From NCBI GenBank assembly GCA_012799825.1, contig JAAZKK010000048.1, forward strand, positions 34,909-66,908: a DNA stretch of 32,000 nt, given 5' to 3'. The stretch comes from Clostridiaceae bacterium. GTDB taxonomy: Bacteria; Bacillota; Clostridia; Saccharofermentanales; DTU023. Below the pieces are notes generated by a model. The model made no database searches. It was given only the letters and a program-made list of their open reading frames with translations, and was not told the origin of the DNA. Shown here one piece after another: positions 9,426 through 18,740 of the stretch (within the stretch, counting starts at the first letter, position 1; each line of letters begins with the position of its first letter). The position numbers and the translations under genes were made by a program.

Positions 9426-11297
9426 TTACTCACCTACACCGGGAAGCGGCTTCGGATTTGTTGCGTATTGCTGATAAAATTCCTCAAAATCGTCGCCTTC
9501 GATTTTTTCTTTCTCGAGTAATACATTCGCCAATTGATCCAATAATGTGCGATTGTCCTTCAACACGTCGAGCGTGTCTTTATAGGCTTTTTCGAGAATC
9601 AGGGATACTTCTTCATCGATGGCCGACTGCATTGCGTCACTGTGATTCTGAACGTGACCGTAGTCGCGACCGACAAAGATTTCTTTGTCATCCGTGCTCA
9701 CGAAATTGCCGAGCCGTTCGCTCATACCGTATTTGGTCACCATATCGCGCGCGACTTGGTTGCACTCTTTGAGATCAGCGCTCGCACCTGTACTGATTTC
9801 GTTGAAAATCACTTGCTCTGCAGCGCGCCCGCCCAACGCCACCATGATCTCCGTCTCAAGCTGAGATTTGGTCTTGAAGTACATATCCTCATTCGGTTTA
9901 AACGCCGTGTAGCCGCCGGCGCCGCCCGCAGGAATGATCGAGACGCGCTCTACACGGTCAGTGTCTGATTTTTCTCTCAAGACAATCGCATGACCAGACT
10001 CATGATATGCCGTAAGTTCGCGCTCTTTCTTGTTGATGACGCGGCTCTTTTTCTCTGGACCGATCGTCACCTTAAACACCGCCTCCGAAATATCGGAATA
10101 ATGTATTTTATTATCGTTTCTTCGGGCGGCAAGCAACGCCGCTTCGTTGAGAAGGTTTTCAAGATCAGCACCGGTAAAACCGGGCGTAATTTTTGCGATC
10201 TCGCCGAGATCGACGTCGTCGGCAAATGGCTTATTGCGTGCATGAACTTCGAGGATTTCTTTTCTGCCTTTTATATCAGGCCGCATCACAAAAACGCGAC
10301 GGTCAAAGCGTCCCGGGCGCAACAGCGCACCATCGAGGATGTCAGGGCGGTTAGTCGCCGCCAAAACGATCACACCTTCATTAGGTCCAAAGCCGTCCAT
10401 CTCAACCAGCAATTGGTTCAGCGTCTGTTCACGTTCATCGTGTCCACCGCCGAGACCTGCGCCGCGATGGCGACCGACCGCGTCGATTTCATCGATAAAG
10501 ACAATGCACGGCGCTTTTTTCTTCGCGTTTTGAAAAAGGTTGCGCACGCGCGACGCGCCGACGCCGACAAACATCTCTACAAAATCTGATCCGCTGATGG
10601 AAAAGAACGGCACTTTCGCTTCTCCGGCAACGGCTCTGGCAAGGAGCGTCTTACCTGTCCCCGGCGGGCCGACAAGTAGAATGCCCGTCGGAATCTTCGC
10701 GCCAAGATCCTGATATTTTTTCGGATTTTTCAAGAAATCGACAACTTCCTGCAGTTCCTCTTTTTCCTCTTCGGCACCGGCAACGTCGTCAAATGTGACC
10801 TTATTTTTCTCAGGATCGGCCAGCTGCGCACGACTCTTGCCAAACGACATAGCTGTACGTCCGTCACTGTCTCGCCTTGAGTAAGAGATGAAAACGAAAA
10901 CGCCTAGAGAAACCATCATCAAAAGGAGGATGATCCCGTTCAGGATACTGCCTATGTCGGTCGGCCTGTGGTAATCAAAAGACTTGATTTCGCCTTTGCT
11001 CTGTGCCGTCCGAAGCATCTTCAGATAATCGGGTATGGCATCGGCAGGAATCTCTTTTTTAATCTGATATGCGCTTCCGGCTTTGACGGCTCGGTCAGTC
11101 ATTTCCAGCACCAAACTGGAACCGTCCATCGTGACCGAGTGGACATCTCCGCTTTGGATTAACTGTTCAACTTCGTAAAGAGTCGTTTGTTTCTGGCGGT
11201 CACCGCGCGACATAAAAAAGGTAACGGCCAGAATGATGATCATCATGACGATGTAGAACGAAAATCCACTGTATCGACGTGGTTTTTGGGTATTCAT
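9426..11297 (-). CDS. ftsH: ATP-dependent zinc metalloprotease FtsH
   Basis: Two N-terminal TM helices, AAA+ Walker [14 protein letters not shown], the SRH region, and the zinc motif HESGHA. Confidence 0.98.
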   Translation of the reverse strand: MNTQKPRRYSGFSFYIVMMIIILAVTFFMSRGDRQKQTTLYEVEQLIQSGDVHSVTMDGSSLVLEMTDRAVKAGSAYQIKKEIPADAIPDYLKMLRTAQSKGEIKSFDYHRPTDIGSILNGIILLLMMVSLGVFVFISYSRRDSDGRTAMSFGKSRAQLADPEKNKVTFDDVAGAEEEKEELQEVVDFLKNPKKYQDLGAKIPTGILLVGPPGTGKTLLARAVAGEAKVPFFSISGSDFVEMFVGVGASRVRNLFQNAKKKAPCIVFIDEIDAVGRHRGAGLGGGHDEREQTLNQLLVEMDGFGPNEGVIVLAATNRPDILDGALLRPGRFDRRVFVMRPDIKGRKEILEVHARNKPFADDVDLGEIAKITPGFTGADLENLLNEAALLAARRNDNKIHYSDISEAVFKVTIGPEKKSRVINKKERELTAYHESGHAIVLREKSDTDRVERVSIIPAGGAGGYTAFKPNEDMYFKTKSQLETEIMVALGGRAAEQVIFNEISTGASADLKECNQVARDMVTKYGMSERLGNFVSTDDKEIFVGRDYGHVQNHSDAMQSAIDEEVSLILEKAYKDTLDVLKDNRTLLDQLANVLLEKEKIEGDDFEEFYQQYATNPKPLPGVGE

Positions 11298-11358
11298 TCG
11301 ACGTTTTCTATTCCTTGTTGTTTATATTATGTATTTTCTATAATCGATCATATATCGA

Positions 11359-11892
11359 TCATACGTCTTCATCGCTAAGTACGACAACCTCAGGATAGTT
11401 CCGATAATATCCATCAAGATCCAGGCCGTAACCGACAATAAATTCATCTGGAATGGTCATACCGATGTAGTCAATGTCGACATCGACCTTACGGCGAGAG
11501 GGCTTGTCAAATGCGGTAGCAAATCGGATGCTTTTCGGACCGCGCGTTGACAGCAATGCCTTAAGATGACGCAACGTTAATCCGGAATCGACAATATCTT
11601 CGACGATCAGCACGTGTTCACCCGCAATGCTGTAGTCAAGGTCTTTATTGATCCTAACGACACCCGTGCTTTTTTCGCCTACATAGCTTGACACCGACAT
11701 GAAATCGATCCGACACGGGACGCGAATATGGCGCACAAGATCCGCAAGAAATACGAAGGATCCCTTAAGTACACCAATGAGAAATAGATCTTTCCCCTGA
11801 TAATCGCGCGTGATCTCAGCACCCAGCCGCTCTACCATCTGGCGAATCTTATCTTCGGAGACAAGAATATGGTCAATTTTTTTCTCTACCAT
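11359..11892 (-). CDS. hpt: Hypoxanthine phosphoribosyltransferase
   Basis: PRPP-binding motif VLIVEDIVDSGLTL, a 177-aa size, and the conserved tilS-hpt-ftsH order. Confidence 0.95.
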   Translation of the reverse strand: MVEKKIDHILVSEDKIRQMVERLGAEITRDYQGKDLFLIGVLKGSFVFLADLVRHIRVPCRIDFMSVSSYVGEKSTGVVRINKDLDYSIAGEHVLIVEDIVDSGLTLRHLKALLSTRGPKSIRFATAFDKPSRRKVDVDIDYIGMTIPDEFIVGYGLDLDGYYRNYPEVVVLSDEDV

Positions 11893-12030
11893 GAAAAATA
11901 TTAAGTAAAGCCTTAATGCTTTACTCTCCCTCCTTCCGGCGCTGCCTTATCTGCAACACAATCGTATTCTACCATAGCCGTTTTACATCTTAAAATGAAT
12001 ATATATTCCTCTTAGTTACTTAGGTGACGT

Positions 12031-13302
12031 TTAGGTGACGTTTTCTTTCTTGTGAAGAAGAAAAAGGCGTCCATTCTTTGCATGAACCGTCCATCCACCT
12101 GGAAGATCAAGCGCACCTTCTGTTGTCTCTCCCGCATCCACGCGACAAATCAAATCAAGAATAGATACGGCATGGTAAGCGCTGAACGTCACACGGTCTG
12201 TCATAAGAATGTCTGTCATGAGGAGCTCATGGCGATCTTTTTCGCATGTTATATCCTGACTCTCACCGCTTTCTGCCTTTTCTTCGAAAAAGAGCCTGAG
12301 CACACGGAGAGCAAGACCCCTTGGCAGCGCACATATCGCTGCGATCGAAAGGCTCTGATCCGGAAGTCGTGCTTCGACAAGCGCTCTTTTAGCAAATATC
12401 GAAAGTGTCTCCTCATCTCCAGCCGCAAGATCACCTAGCGAGGCAAGTCGCGGAACGGGATCGTAGCCGAGCACATCTCGCCATGCAGGCACTAAAATCT
12501 GACGAATGCGGTTTCGAAGATAATCTGAAGACACGTTCGTCGCGTCTTCTCGCCAAACAACACCTAGTTCCTTCGCCGACGCGATCAGTTCTTCGAGGCG
12601 CACATCGAGAAACGGGCGCACAAAACATCCATCACGCGGTCGAATGCCGACAAGACCGGCGATGCCCGAACCGCGCCCGATATGCATCAGGATGCTCTCC
12701 GCGCGATCGTCCATATGGTGACCAAGCGCAACATCAAATGTCGTTATCTCGTCCGTCAGCGCGCCAACTCTATTCGAGTCCTTCAGATCGTCGTTAGATG
12801 TCTTAGCGAACGAACACGCATCGTTATCCTTGTCATGCACATCCTCGCCCGATATCTTGCCGACTTGATACACATCGTTAGGTATGCCATTGAAGAGCGA
12901 AAGTGGATCACCTTCGTAATAACGGCGTCCGATCTCTATGAGAGCGGCACGGCGCACAGCGCGTCCCGTTTCTTCAACACCTCTATTTGTTTCACGTGCT
13001 ATATCCTCTATCGGTGCCGTCACTGACTCAAACGGGATCAACCGTTCTTGACAGCATGCCTGAACAAATGATTCATCCAGATCCGCCTCTTCTCCACGGA
13101 TCATATGGTTGATATGGCAGATAACGAGGGGAAAATCAATTTGCTCGGAATACCAATGAAGAAATTCAAGGAGCATCATCGAGTCGACGCCGCCCGAAAC
13201 GCCGGCAACAACCGGACGCCCCGGTTCAATTAACTGATGTGCAACACAAAATCGAGCGACTTTCGAGAAAAGGCGGTATGTTCCACGCGGGAGATGCATC
13301 AC
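12031..13302 (-). CDS. tilS: tRNA(Ile)-lysidine synthetase TilS
   Basis: PP-loop VAGVSGGVDSMML plus conserved synteny with hpt and ftsH. The start is GTG 13302 or ATG 13299; both overlap the dnaB stop (GTGATG). It contains an acidic insertion (~aa 140-185) absent from typical TilS. Confidence 0.9.
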   Translation of the reverse strand: MMHLPRGTYRLFSKVARFCVAHQLIEPGRPVVAGVSGGVDSMMLLEFLHWYSEQIDFPLVICHINHMIRGEEADLDESFVQACCQERLIPFESVTAPIEDIARETNRGVEETGRAVRRAALIEIGRRYYEGDPLSLFNGIPNDVYQVGKISGEDVHDKDNDACSFAKTSNDDLKDSNRVGALTDEITTFDVALGHHMDDRAESILMHIGRGSGIAGLVGIRPRDGCFVRPFLDVRLEELIASAKELGVVWREDATNVSSDYLRNRIRQILVPAWRDVLGYDPVPRLASLGDLAAGDEETLSIFAKRALVEARLPDQSLSIAAICALPRGLALRVLRLFFEEKAESGESQDITCEKDRHELLMTDILMTDRVTFSAYHAVSILDLICRVDAGETTEGALDLPGGWTVHAKNGRLFLLHKKENVT

Positions 13303-14720
13303 AAAGAGGGGGGCGGATCAGGCATGCCTCGATAGCCCGGCTCGGTAAACGTCATCGAAGACGGATTCCATTCCAACTCGACCGTCGTCTTTTCACCTTG
13401 CCGGTTTTTCTCCACGATTAATTCAATGATACCGGCATTGCCCGTTCCTGAGTCGTCAGAATCTTTTGATTTCGGATCATGCAAGAACATAACGACATCC
13501 GCATCCTGCTCGATCGCGCCGGATTCGCGAAGATCCGCCAAACGCGGACGACGGAAACCTTTTTCGACATCACGGCTTAGCTGGGAAAGCGCCAGCACAG
13601 GCACATCAAGATCGCGCGCCATCACTTTGAGCAGACGTGAAATCTCCGCAATCTGTTGCTGACGGTTCTCAGCGCGGGAATGGCGGCTTGCGCTGCCCAT
13701 GAGCTGCAAGTAATCGACAATCACAAAATCAAGCTGCTGCTTCTGCAGTTGGAGCTGACGACAACGCGCGTGAATTTCGACGACATTGATCGCCGAATGG
13801 TCATCGATGTAAATCGGCATGTCGTAAAAAGCGCCAATACCCTCGCTGATGAGATCCCACTTCGGATCAGCAGGTCCTAACAGTTCGAGATCTTGAAAGG
13901 TAAGTGATGTCCGCGCCGAGAGAAAACGCTTCGCCACTTCTTCTTTGCCCATTTCGAGAGAAAATACGGCAACAACCGCTCGGTAGTATTGAGCGATGTT
14001 ATATGCAATGTTAAGTGAAAATGCAGATTTTCCGACACCTGGACGCGAAGCCAGAACGTAGAGCGAACCTTTTCGAAGTCCTGTGAGTACGCGATCTAAA
14101 CCGGGGTAGCCCGTGCGAAGAAGGGACGGGCGTTCGCCGCTTGCGATGTGGTAAAGCTTATTGACGTATTCACTTAATACTTCACCGACCGGTGTCAGCG
14201 CCGTGCGTTCATCCGAGCCGCGGATATCCATCACACGCCGGGCAGCAAGCTCAATCAGCTTCTCCGACTCAAGATCAGACGAGAAACACTGCCCAATGAC
14301 TTCGTCAAGCGCCAAGATGAGACGCCGCTTGACGGCATAGTCACGGACCAGATCAATGTAATGCTGGTAATTGCTCGCAAAGGGCAACATCCCCGGAAGC
14401 GAGGATACGTACTCACGCCCGCCAGCTCGGCCGATGTTGCCATTGAGCACCAATTGGTTTGTGACTGTGAGAATATCACACGGTTTTTGTTCAATATTAA
14501 GTGTCGATACCGCATCAAAAATGAGCTGATGTTTCGGATCGTAAAAATCGTCACTATGCAGCGACGCGAGCATCATGGCGCGCGACTCAATCCTGAGCAT
14601 GGCGCCGCCCAGCACCGATTGCTCTGCAAGGTAATTATGGGGAAAAGCTTTCCCCCTCAAGCGATCAGAAAGCACTGCGGACGAATATCCGCTTCCCACA
14701 TCATAATCCGCATCCGCCAT
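13299..14720 (-). CDS. dnaB: Replicative DNA helicase (DnaB family; DnaC in B. subtilis nomenclature)
   Basis: N-terminal AEQSVLGGAML and Walker A ASRPGVGKSAFSLN. The RecA-like C-terminal region reads LSQLSR...RPRLADLRESGAIEQDADVV. Its start overlaps the rplI stop as ATGA. Confidence 0.96.
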   Translation of the reverse strand: MADADYDVGSGYSSAVLSDRLRGKAFPHNYLAEQSVLGGAMLRIESRAMMLASLHSDDFYDPKHQLIFDAVSTLNIEQKPCDILTVTNQLVLNGNIGRAGGREYVSSLPGMLPFASNYQHYIDLVRDYAVKRRLILALDEVIGQCFSSDLESEKLIELAARRVMDIRGSDERTALTPVGEVLSEYVNKLYHIASGERPSLLRTGYPGLDRVLTGLRKGSLYVLASRPGVGKSAFSLNIAYNIAQYYRAVVAVFSLEMGKEEVAKRFLSARTSLTFQDLELLGPADPKWDLISEGIGAFYDMPIYIDDHSAINVVEIHARCRQLQLQKQQLDFVIVDYLQLMGSASRHSRAENRQQQIAEISRLLKVMARDLDVPVLALSQLSRDVEKGFRRPRLADLRESGAIEQDADVVMFLHDPKSKDSDDSGTGNAGIIELIVEKNRQGEKTTVELEWNPSSMTFTEPGYRGMPDPPPSL

Positions 14721-15166
14721 CAGACGTCTGCTTTCACATCAAGCACAAAACGGCAAGACACCTCCGGGTGCAATTTCAGCATCACCTGATGCGTGCCAAC
14801 CGTCTTAATGGCTTCATCAACTTGGATGTTGCGCTTATCGACTTCAAAACCTTTTTCTTTCAGAAGATCGGCGATGTTTTGTGTCGTCACCGTGCCGTAA
14901 AGACGCCCCGCAGTCCCCGCATTGGCTGCATAAACGAGCTGTTGCCCTTCCAGCGCTTCGGCCGTCTCGCGCGCTCTTTTGAGCTGGCGTTCGGCTTCTT
15001 CCTGCTTTTGCTTGCGGCGCATAGCGATCTCGTTCATATTGGCTTTGGTAACTTCACAGGCCAGACCGCGACGAAAGAGATAGTTGCGGGCATATCCCGG
15101 TTTAACATCGACGACGTCACCTGCTTGACCCAGTCCCTTGACACCTTCCGTAAGCAATACTTTCAT
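14720..15166 (-). CDS. rplI: 50S ribosomal protein L9
   Basis: MKVLLTEGVKGLGQAGDVVDVKPGYARNYL is the canonical L9 N-domain. The protein is 148 aa. Confidence 0.96.
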   Translation of the reverse strand: MKVLLTEGVKGLGQAGDVVDVKPGYARNYLFRRGLACEVTKANMNEIAMRRKQKQEEAERQLKRARETAEALEGQQLVYAANAGTAGRLYGTVTTQNIADLLKEKGFEVDKRNIQVDEAIKTVGTHQVMLKLHPEVSCRFVLDVKADV

Positions 15167-15269
15167 CGTGTATCTCCCGTCCTCATCTTATTTTCATTTC
15201 TTTTGCGTTTTTAAGTGACCATCATTTTACCATAGATAAATCAGGCCGCTTCACGGAACGAGTTGTCTT

Positions 15270-15521
15270 TTACTCTGAGGTATAGGGCATCAAAGCGACG
15301 TGACGAGCGCGGCGAATCGCGCGCGTCAGAGCGCGCTGATGTTTCGCGCAGGTCCCGGTCATACGTCGAGGCAAAATTTTGTAATTCTCGGCGACGTACC
15401 GCTGAAGGACGTTGACATCCTTGTAATCAATGTGGTCTGTATGATCCGCGCAAAAGACACAATACTTTTTGCGGCTGAAGCGTTGTTTTTGAAATCCGCC
15501 TCGTCTTTTTCCATTAGACAT
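15270..15521 (-). CDS. rpsR: 30S ribosomal protein S18
   Basis: [63 protein letters not shown] is the canonical S18 sequence. Confidence 0.97.
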   Translation of the reverse strand: MSNGKRRGGFQKQRFSRKKYCVFCADHTDHIDYKDVNVLQRYVAENYKILPRRMTGTCAKHQRALTRAIRRARHVALMPYTSE

Positions 15522-15553
15522 AACATTAAACTCCTTAACTTAGTAGGAAAAAA

Positions 15554-16012
15554 TTAGAAATCAAAGGGCAGTGACGTATCGTCGAGGTCTACCTCCGGCA
15601 GAAAATCGTTGCTGACGCTGTCAATCGTTCTGGCGCCCTGCTGTGAAGATGACGCGTAATCATCTCGATTGTCACTCTGTCTTGACGACCGTTTCGATTC
15701 ACAGAACTCCACTTCGTTGACGATGACCTCGGTTGTATAACGACGCTGTCCGTTCTGATCCTCCCAGCTTCTGGGACGAATCGCACCTGACACCAGAATG
15801 CGATCACCTTTCTCGAAATAACGGTTTACAAATTCCGCCTGCTGACGCCATGCCACGCAGGGGATAAAATCGGCTTCGTTTTTCCAGTTTCCGCCTTCAT
15901 CTCTGCTCCGTCGGTCACAAGCGACGGTAAAATTGCAAACAGAAATACCGCCTTGCGTCGTTCGAATCTCCGGATCGCGGGCAAGTCTTCCCATCAAAAT
16001 AGCTTTATTCAT
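15554..16012 (-). CDS. ssb: Single-stranded DNA-binding protein
   Basis: MNKAILMGRLARDPEIRTTQGG... is an OB fold, with the acidic tail ...DLDDTSLPFDF. The ATG at 16012 has a GGAGAAAGGA SD. The track start at 16051 adds 13 non-conserved residues. Confidence 0.95.
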   Translation of the reverse strand: MNKAILMGRLARDPEIRTTQGGISVCNFTVACDRRSRDEGGNWKNEADFIPCVAWRQQAEFVNRYFEKGDRILVSGAIRPRSWEDQNGQRRYTTEVIVNEVEFCESKRSSRQSDNRDDYASSSQQGARTIDSVSNDFLPEVDLDDTSLPFDF

Positions 16013-16111
16013 GCTGTAGTCCTTTCTCCATGCGCTTTGCCGAAATCCCAATGTCCGGCGCGCTACGATGATTCAGTTTTCAGGGTTGCTCTTTACCGCT
16101 TCCTCTTCGGC

Positions 16112-16882
16112 TTAAGAAGACACGTTATCGTTGACGGCTTCTTTAACCGGCTCCTCATCATCAGAGGAAACCTCATCGCGGTCTTCGACTTCTTCTGCTT
16201 TTTTTGCTGCTTCGTTAGCCATGTCTTCTCTGTTAACGGACGCATCGGCAGGTACCGCTGCTTCGGCAGGCACGTCTTCCGTGTTAGCAGGCGCATCGGC
16301 AGGTACTGCTGCTTCGGCAGGCATGTCTTCTCTGTTAACGGACGCATCGGCAGGTACCACTGCTTCGGCAGGCACGTCTTCCGCGTTAGCGGGCGCATCG
16401 GCAGGTACCGCTGCTTCGGGTGATTCCGACGCATCGTCGGCTCCAGATTCTTCTGACACCGGAGCGTCCCCTTCGGCCGCTTCCTCGGATGCCGCGGCTT
16501 CGGCCTCAGCTACGGCTTCCTGCGCCTTGGCTTTTTCCCGCTCTCGTTCCGCTTCTTCGTCTGCGATCGTACGGCGACCGGACGGCATGAACGATCCTTC
16601 CGCAAGCACGATAAGATAGCGCATCACCGCATCATTGATGCGGAGCAAACGCTCCAACTCGCTGGCGTGTTCCGGATTCATGTCGAAGTGGACGATGACA
16701 TAGTAGCCCTCGCGTACATCTTGGATTTCATACGCCAGTCTGCGACGCCCCCACTCAACTATTTCCGTAATCTCATCCGCAACAGATTCAACGAGCTCAC
16801 GAACACGCTGCATCTGCGCTTTCAACTGATCCGTCCTGAGTGTTCCATTCAGGACATAAAGCAATTCATATTTTCTGGCCAT
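16112..16882 (-). CDS. rpsF: 30S ribosomal protein S6 with ~155-aa acidic Ala/Glu/Pro-rich repeat-containing C-terminal extension
   Basis: MARKYELLYVLNGTL...WGRRRLAYEI...GYYVIVHFD is the canonical S6 core (~100 aa). The ATG at 16882 is preceded by GGAGGAGG. The reading frame stays open to 16112 and includes 4 x 17-aa repeats (VPADA[PS][AV]N..ED[VM]PAEAA). Confidence 0.9.
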   Translation of the reverse strand: MARKYELLYVLNGTLRTDQLKAQMQRVRELVESVADEITEIVEWGRRRLAYEIQDVREGYYVIVHFDMNPEHASELERLLRINDAVMRYLIVLAEGSFMPSGRRTIADEEAEREREKAKAQEAVAEAEAAASEEAAEGDAPVSEESGADDASESPEAAVPADAPANAEDVPAEAVVPADASVNREDMPAEAAVPADAPANTEDVPAEAAVPADASVNREDMANEAAKKAEEVEDRDEVSSDDEEPVKEAVNDNVSS

Positions 16883-17073
16883 GGGTAATTTGTACCTCCT
16901 CCCGGACTCAATGGCTCTGCCTTCAGCTGTTTTCATGCAGAGCGAGGAATTGCTGCTTTTTAACAGGCACACGTCAATTTACACGAGATTACAAGGTCCG
17001 TCAAGTTCTTACCTTTGTATTCACATTATAAAGGAAAACGAACACCGGTTATTTTGGCAAAATCAAAAATTGT

Positions 17074-17235
17074 ACCGTCTTTTGAGTTACAAGCGTGTGC
17101 AGGAACATCGCGTAACGGTATCGTCTTTCAAATTGCAAACGTGCGCAGGAACATCGCATACCAGCACCACCTTTCGAATTACAAACGAACACCGAAACAT
17201 CACGCATCAAGACCGTCTTTCGAGTTCCGCCAAAA
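17074..17235. repeat. 46-bp tandem repeat, ~3.5 units
   Basis: Units start at 17074, 17120, 17166 and 17212 (ACCGTCTTT(T)GAGTTACAAGCGTGTGCAGGAACATCGC...). The last unit overlaps the final codons and stop of the sua5::PTP gene, which ends at 17207. Confidence 0.88.
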
Positions 17236-18730
17236 GGCGTTCGAGCCCCTTTTGAATGCGATCACGCGTCGCGCGATAGGAGTCAATGGAGAAACCATAG
17301 GGATCATCGACGTCCCGCTGATCTTCTGTAAACGCGGAATAGGAAAAGATGTCGTCTTTTCTTTCCGGATAAAGGCGCACTAAGATATCGCGATGTGCAT
17401 CAGTCATCGTGACAATAAGATCGGTAGCCTCCATCAAATCATCGTCAACTGACTGTGAGCGGTGCGCGTCTACGTCGATGCCCCACTCGCGCAGAGCTTC
17501 AGCAGATCGAGGCGATATCGACATCCCGGGATAAGCGGCAAGTCCGGCGGAAACAGCCTTCCAGCCCTTGACATTACGATGATTGAACAGCACTTCCGCC
17601 ATTGGACTGCGACACGTATTGCCGGTACATATAAAGAGAATTTGGCGAGGGGGATCAACTGGCTCTTCGTTATTTGAGCCTGAAGCAGCTCGCCTCAGAC
17701 GATCCATATAGCCTGCCGCAGCCGGTTCCGCAAACCCTTCCGCGTAGATTGTGTCCACATTTTGGTCGTCAAATGTGCGCAGAGCATCAAAAAGACATCG
17801 CGTCGCGCTTTTAATATCACGTTCGCCGTCATAGGTGTACGACAAAAACAAGCCTTCCATATCCTGACCGATGCGTTCGACAAGCGCGCGCCACGTGTGT
17901 TCACTCGTGAAAACGCCTCGCTTTTCAAATGGACGTGCTCCAAAAGTATCGGCAAACGTCTTATCCAACGTCTCGCCGGTACGCGGCATGACGATAAAAA
18001 CACGCGCAGAAGGCGCATAATGTCGGTATTTCATCCCGGGAGACAGCGGACAATCTTGTTCATTGCCTTTTGGCTCTTCATGCCATGAAACGGCACGAAG
18101 TCCCGTTCTTTCGTAAATCATTTCAGCCGTTACGAAGCCGGGACGAAGAATCCTTATAGGATCACTCAAAATATCGAGCACCGTCGATTCTACGCCAACC
18201 TCACAGGGGCCGTCATCAATGATATAGGGAATCTTTCCGTCAAAATCTTGCAACACATGTGCCGCACGCGTCGGACTCGGTTTGCCGGAAAAATTTGCCG
18301 AAGGAGCCACAATAGGCACTCCCGCCGCTTTGATCAAGGCTCTTGCCGCAACTTGGGAAGGAAACCTGACGGCGACTGTCGACAATCGACATACCTCGTC
18401 AGGAATCGTATCTTTGTTACGCAACATGACGTACGTCACAGGACCCGGCGAAAAGGCCTCGTACAACACATGAAAAACAGGCGGAATCTGAATGGCCGCC
18501 TGATGCACTTCATCTTTTGAAGCAAGATGAACGATCAACGGATTGTCGGACGGCCTTCCCTTCAACCGAAAGATCGAAAGAACGGCCTCCGGCAGAAGAG
18601 CGGAGGCGCCAAGTCCATAAACCGTTTCTGTCGGAAATGCCACCACTTGCCCTTCACGGAGAGCGCTTCCAGGTTCGTCAAATGCGCAAGGATTGATCGG
18701 ATGCCGGACTTGAATCACTTGCGTTTTCAT
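17207..18730 (-). CDS. Fusion protein: L-threonylcarbamoyladenylate synthase (Sua5/TsaC type, YrdC plus Sua5 domains) fused to a low-molecular-weight protein phosphatase (YwlE-like)
   Basis: The N-terminal ~345 aa carry VAFPTETVYGLGA and SANFSGKPSPT (YrdC/Sua5). The C-terminal ~150 aa carry ILFICTGNTCRSPMAE (the CX5R(S/T) P-loop) and the DDPYG Asp-loop. It is a single uninterrupted 507-aa ORF. Confidence 0.9.
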   Translation of the reverse strand: MKTQVIQVRHPINPCAFDEPGSALREGQVVAFPTETVYGLGASALLPEAVLSIFRLKGRPSDNPLIVHLASKDEVHQAAIQIPPVFHVLYEAFSPGPVTYVMLRNKDTIPDEVCRLSTVAVRFPSQVAARALIKAAGVPIVAPSANFSGKPSPTRAAHVLQDFDGKIPYIIDDGPCEVGVESTVLDILSDPIRILRPGFVTAEMIYERTGLRAVSWHEEPKGNEQDCPLSPGMKYRHYAPSARVFIVMPRTGETLDKTFADTFGARPFEKRGVFTSEHTWRALVERIGQDMEGLFLSYTYDGERDIKSATRCLFDALRTFDDQNVDTIYAEGFAEPAAAGYMDRLRRAASGSNNEEPVDPPRQILFICTGNTCRSPMAEVLFNHRNVKGWKAVSAGLAAYPGMSISPRSAEALREWGIDVDAHRSQSVDDDLMEATDLIVTMTDAHRDILVRLYPERKDDIFSYSAFTEDQRDVDDPYGFSIDSYRATRDRIQKGLERLLAELERRS

Positions 18731-18740
18731 TCATCGGACC

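Noticed and set aside
15953-16619. ORFs 15953..16423 plus, 16093..16434 minus and 16131..16619 plus, overlapping the rpsF tail
   Set aside because: These are alternative-frame or antisense readings of the GC-rich 51-nt coding repeat. The in-frame continuation of the strongly supported S6 core explains the region.
16840-17383. ORFs 16840..17031, 16881..17255 and 17015..17383 on the plus strand
   Set aside because: They run antisense through the rpsF start, the 46-bp repeat field and the 3' end of sua5::PTP. Their periodic sequence is derived from the repeats, and they have no SD.
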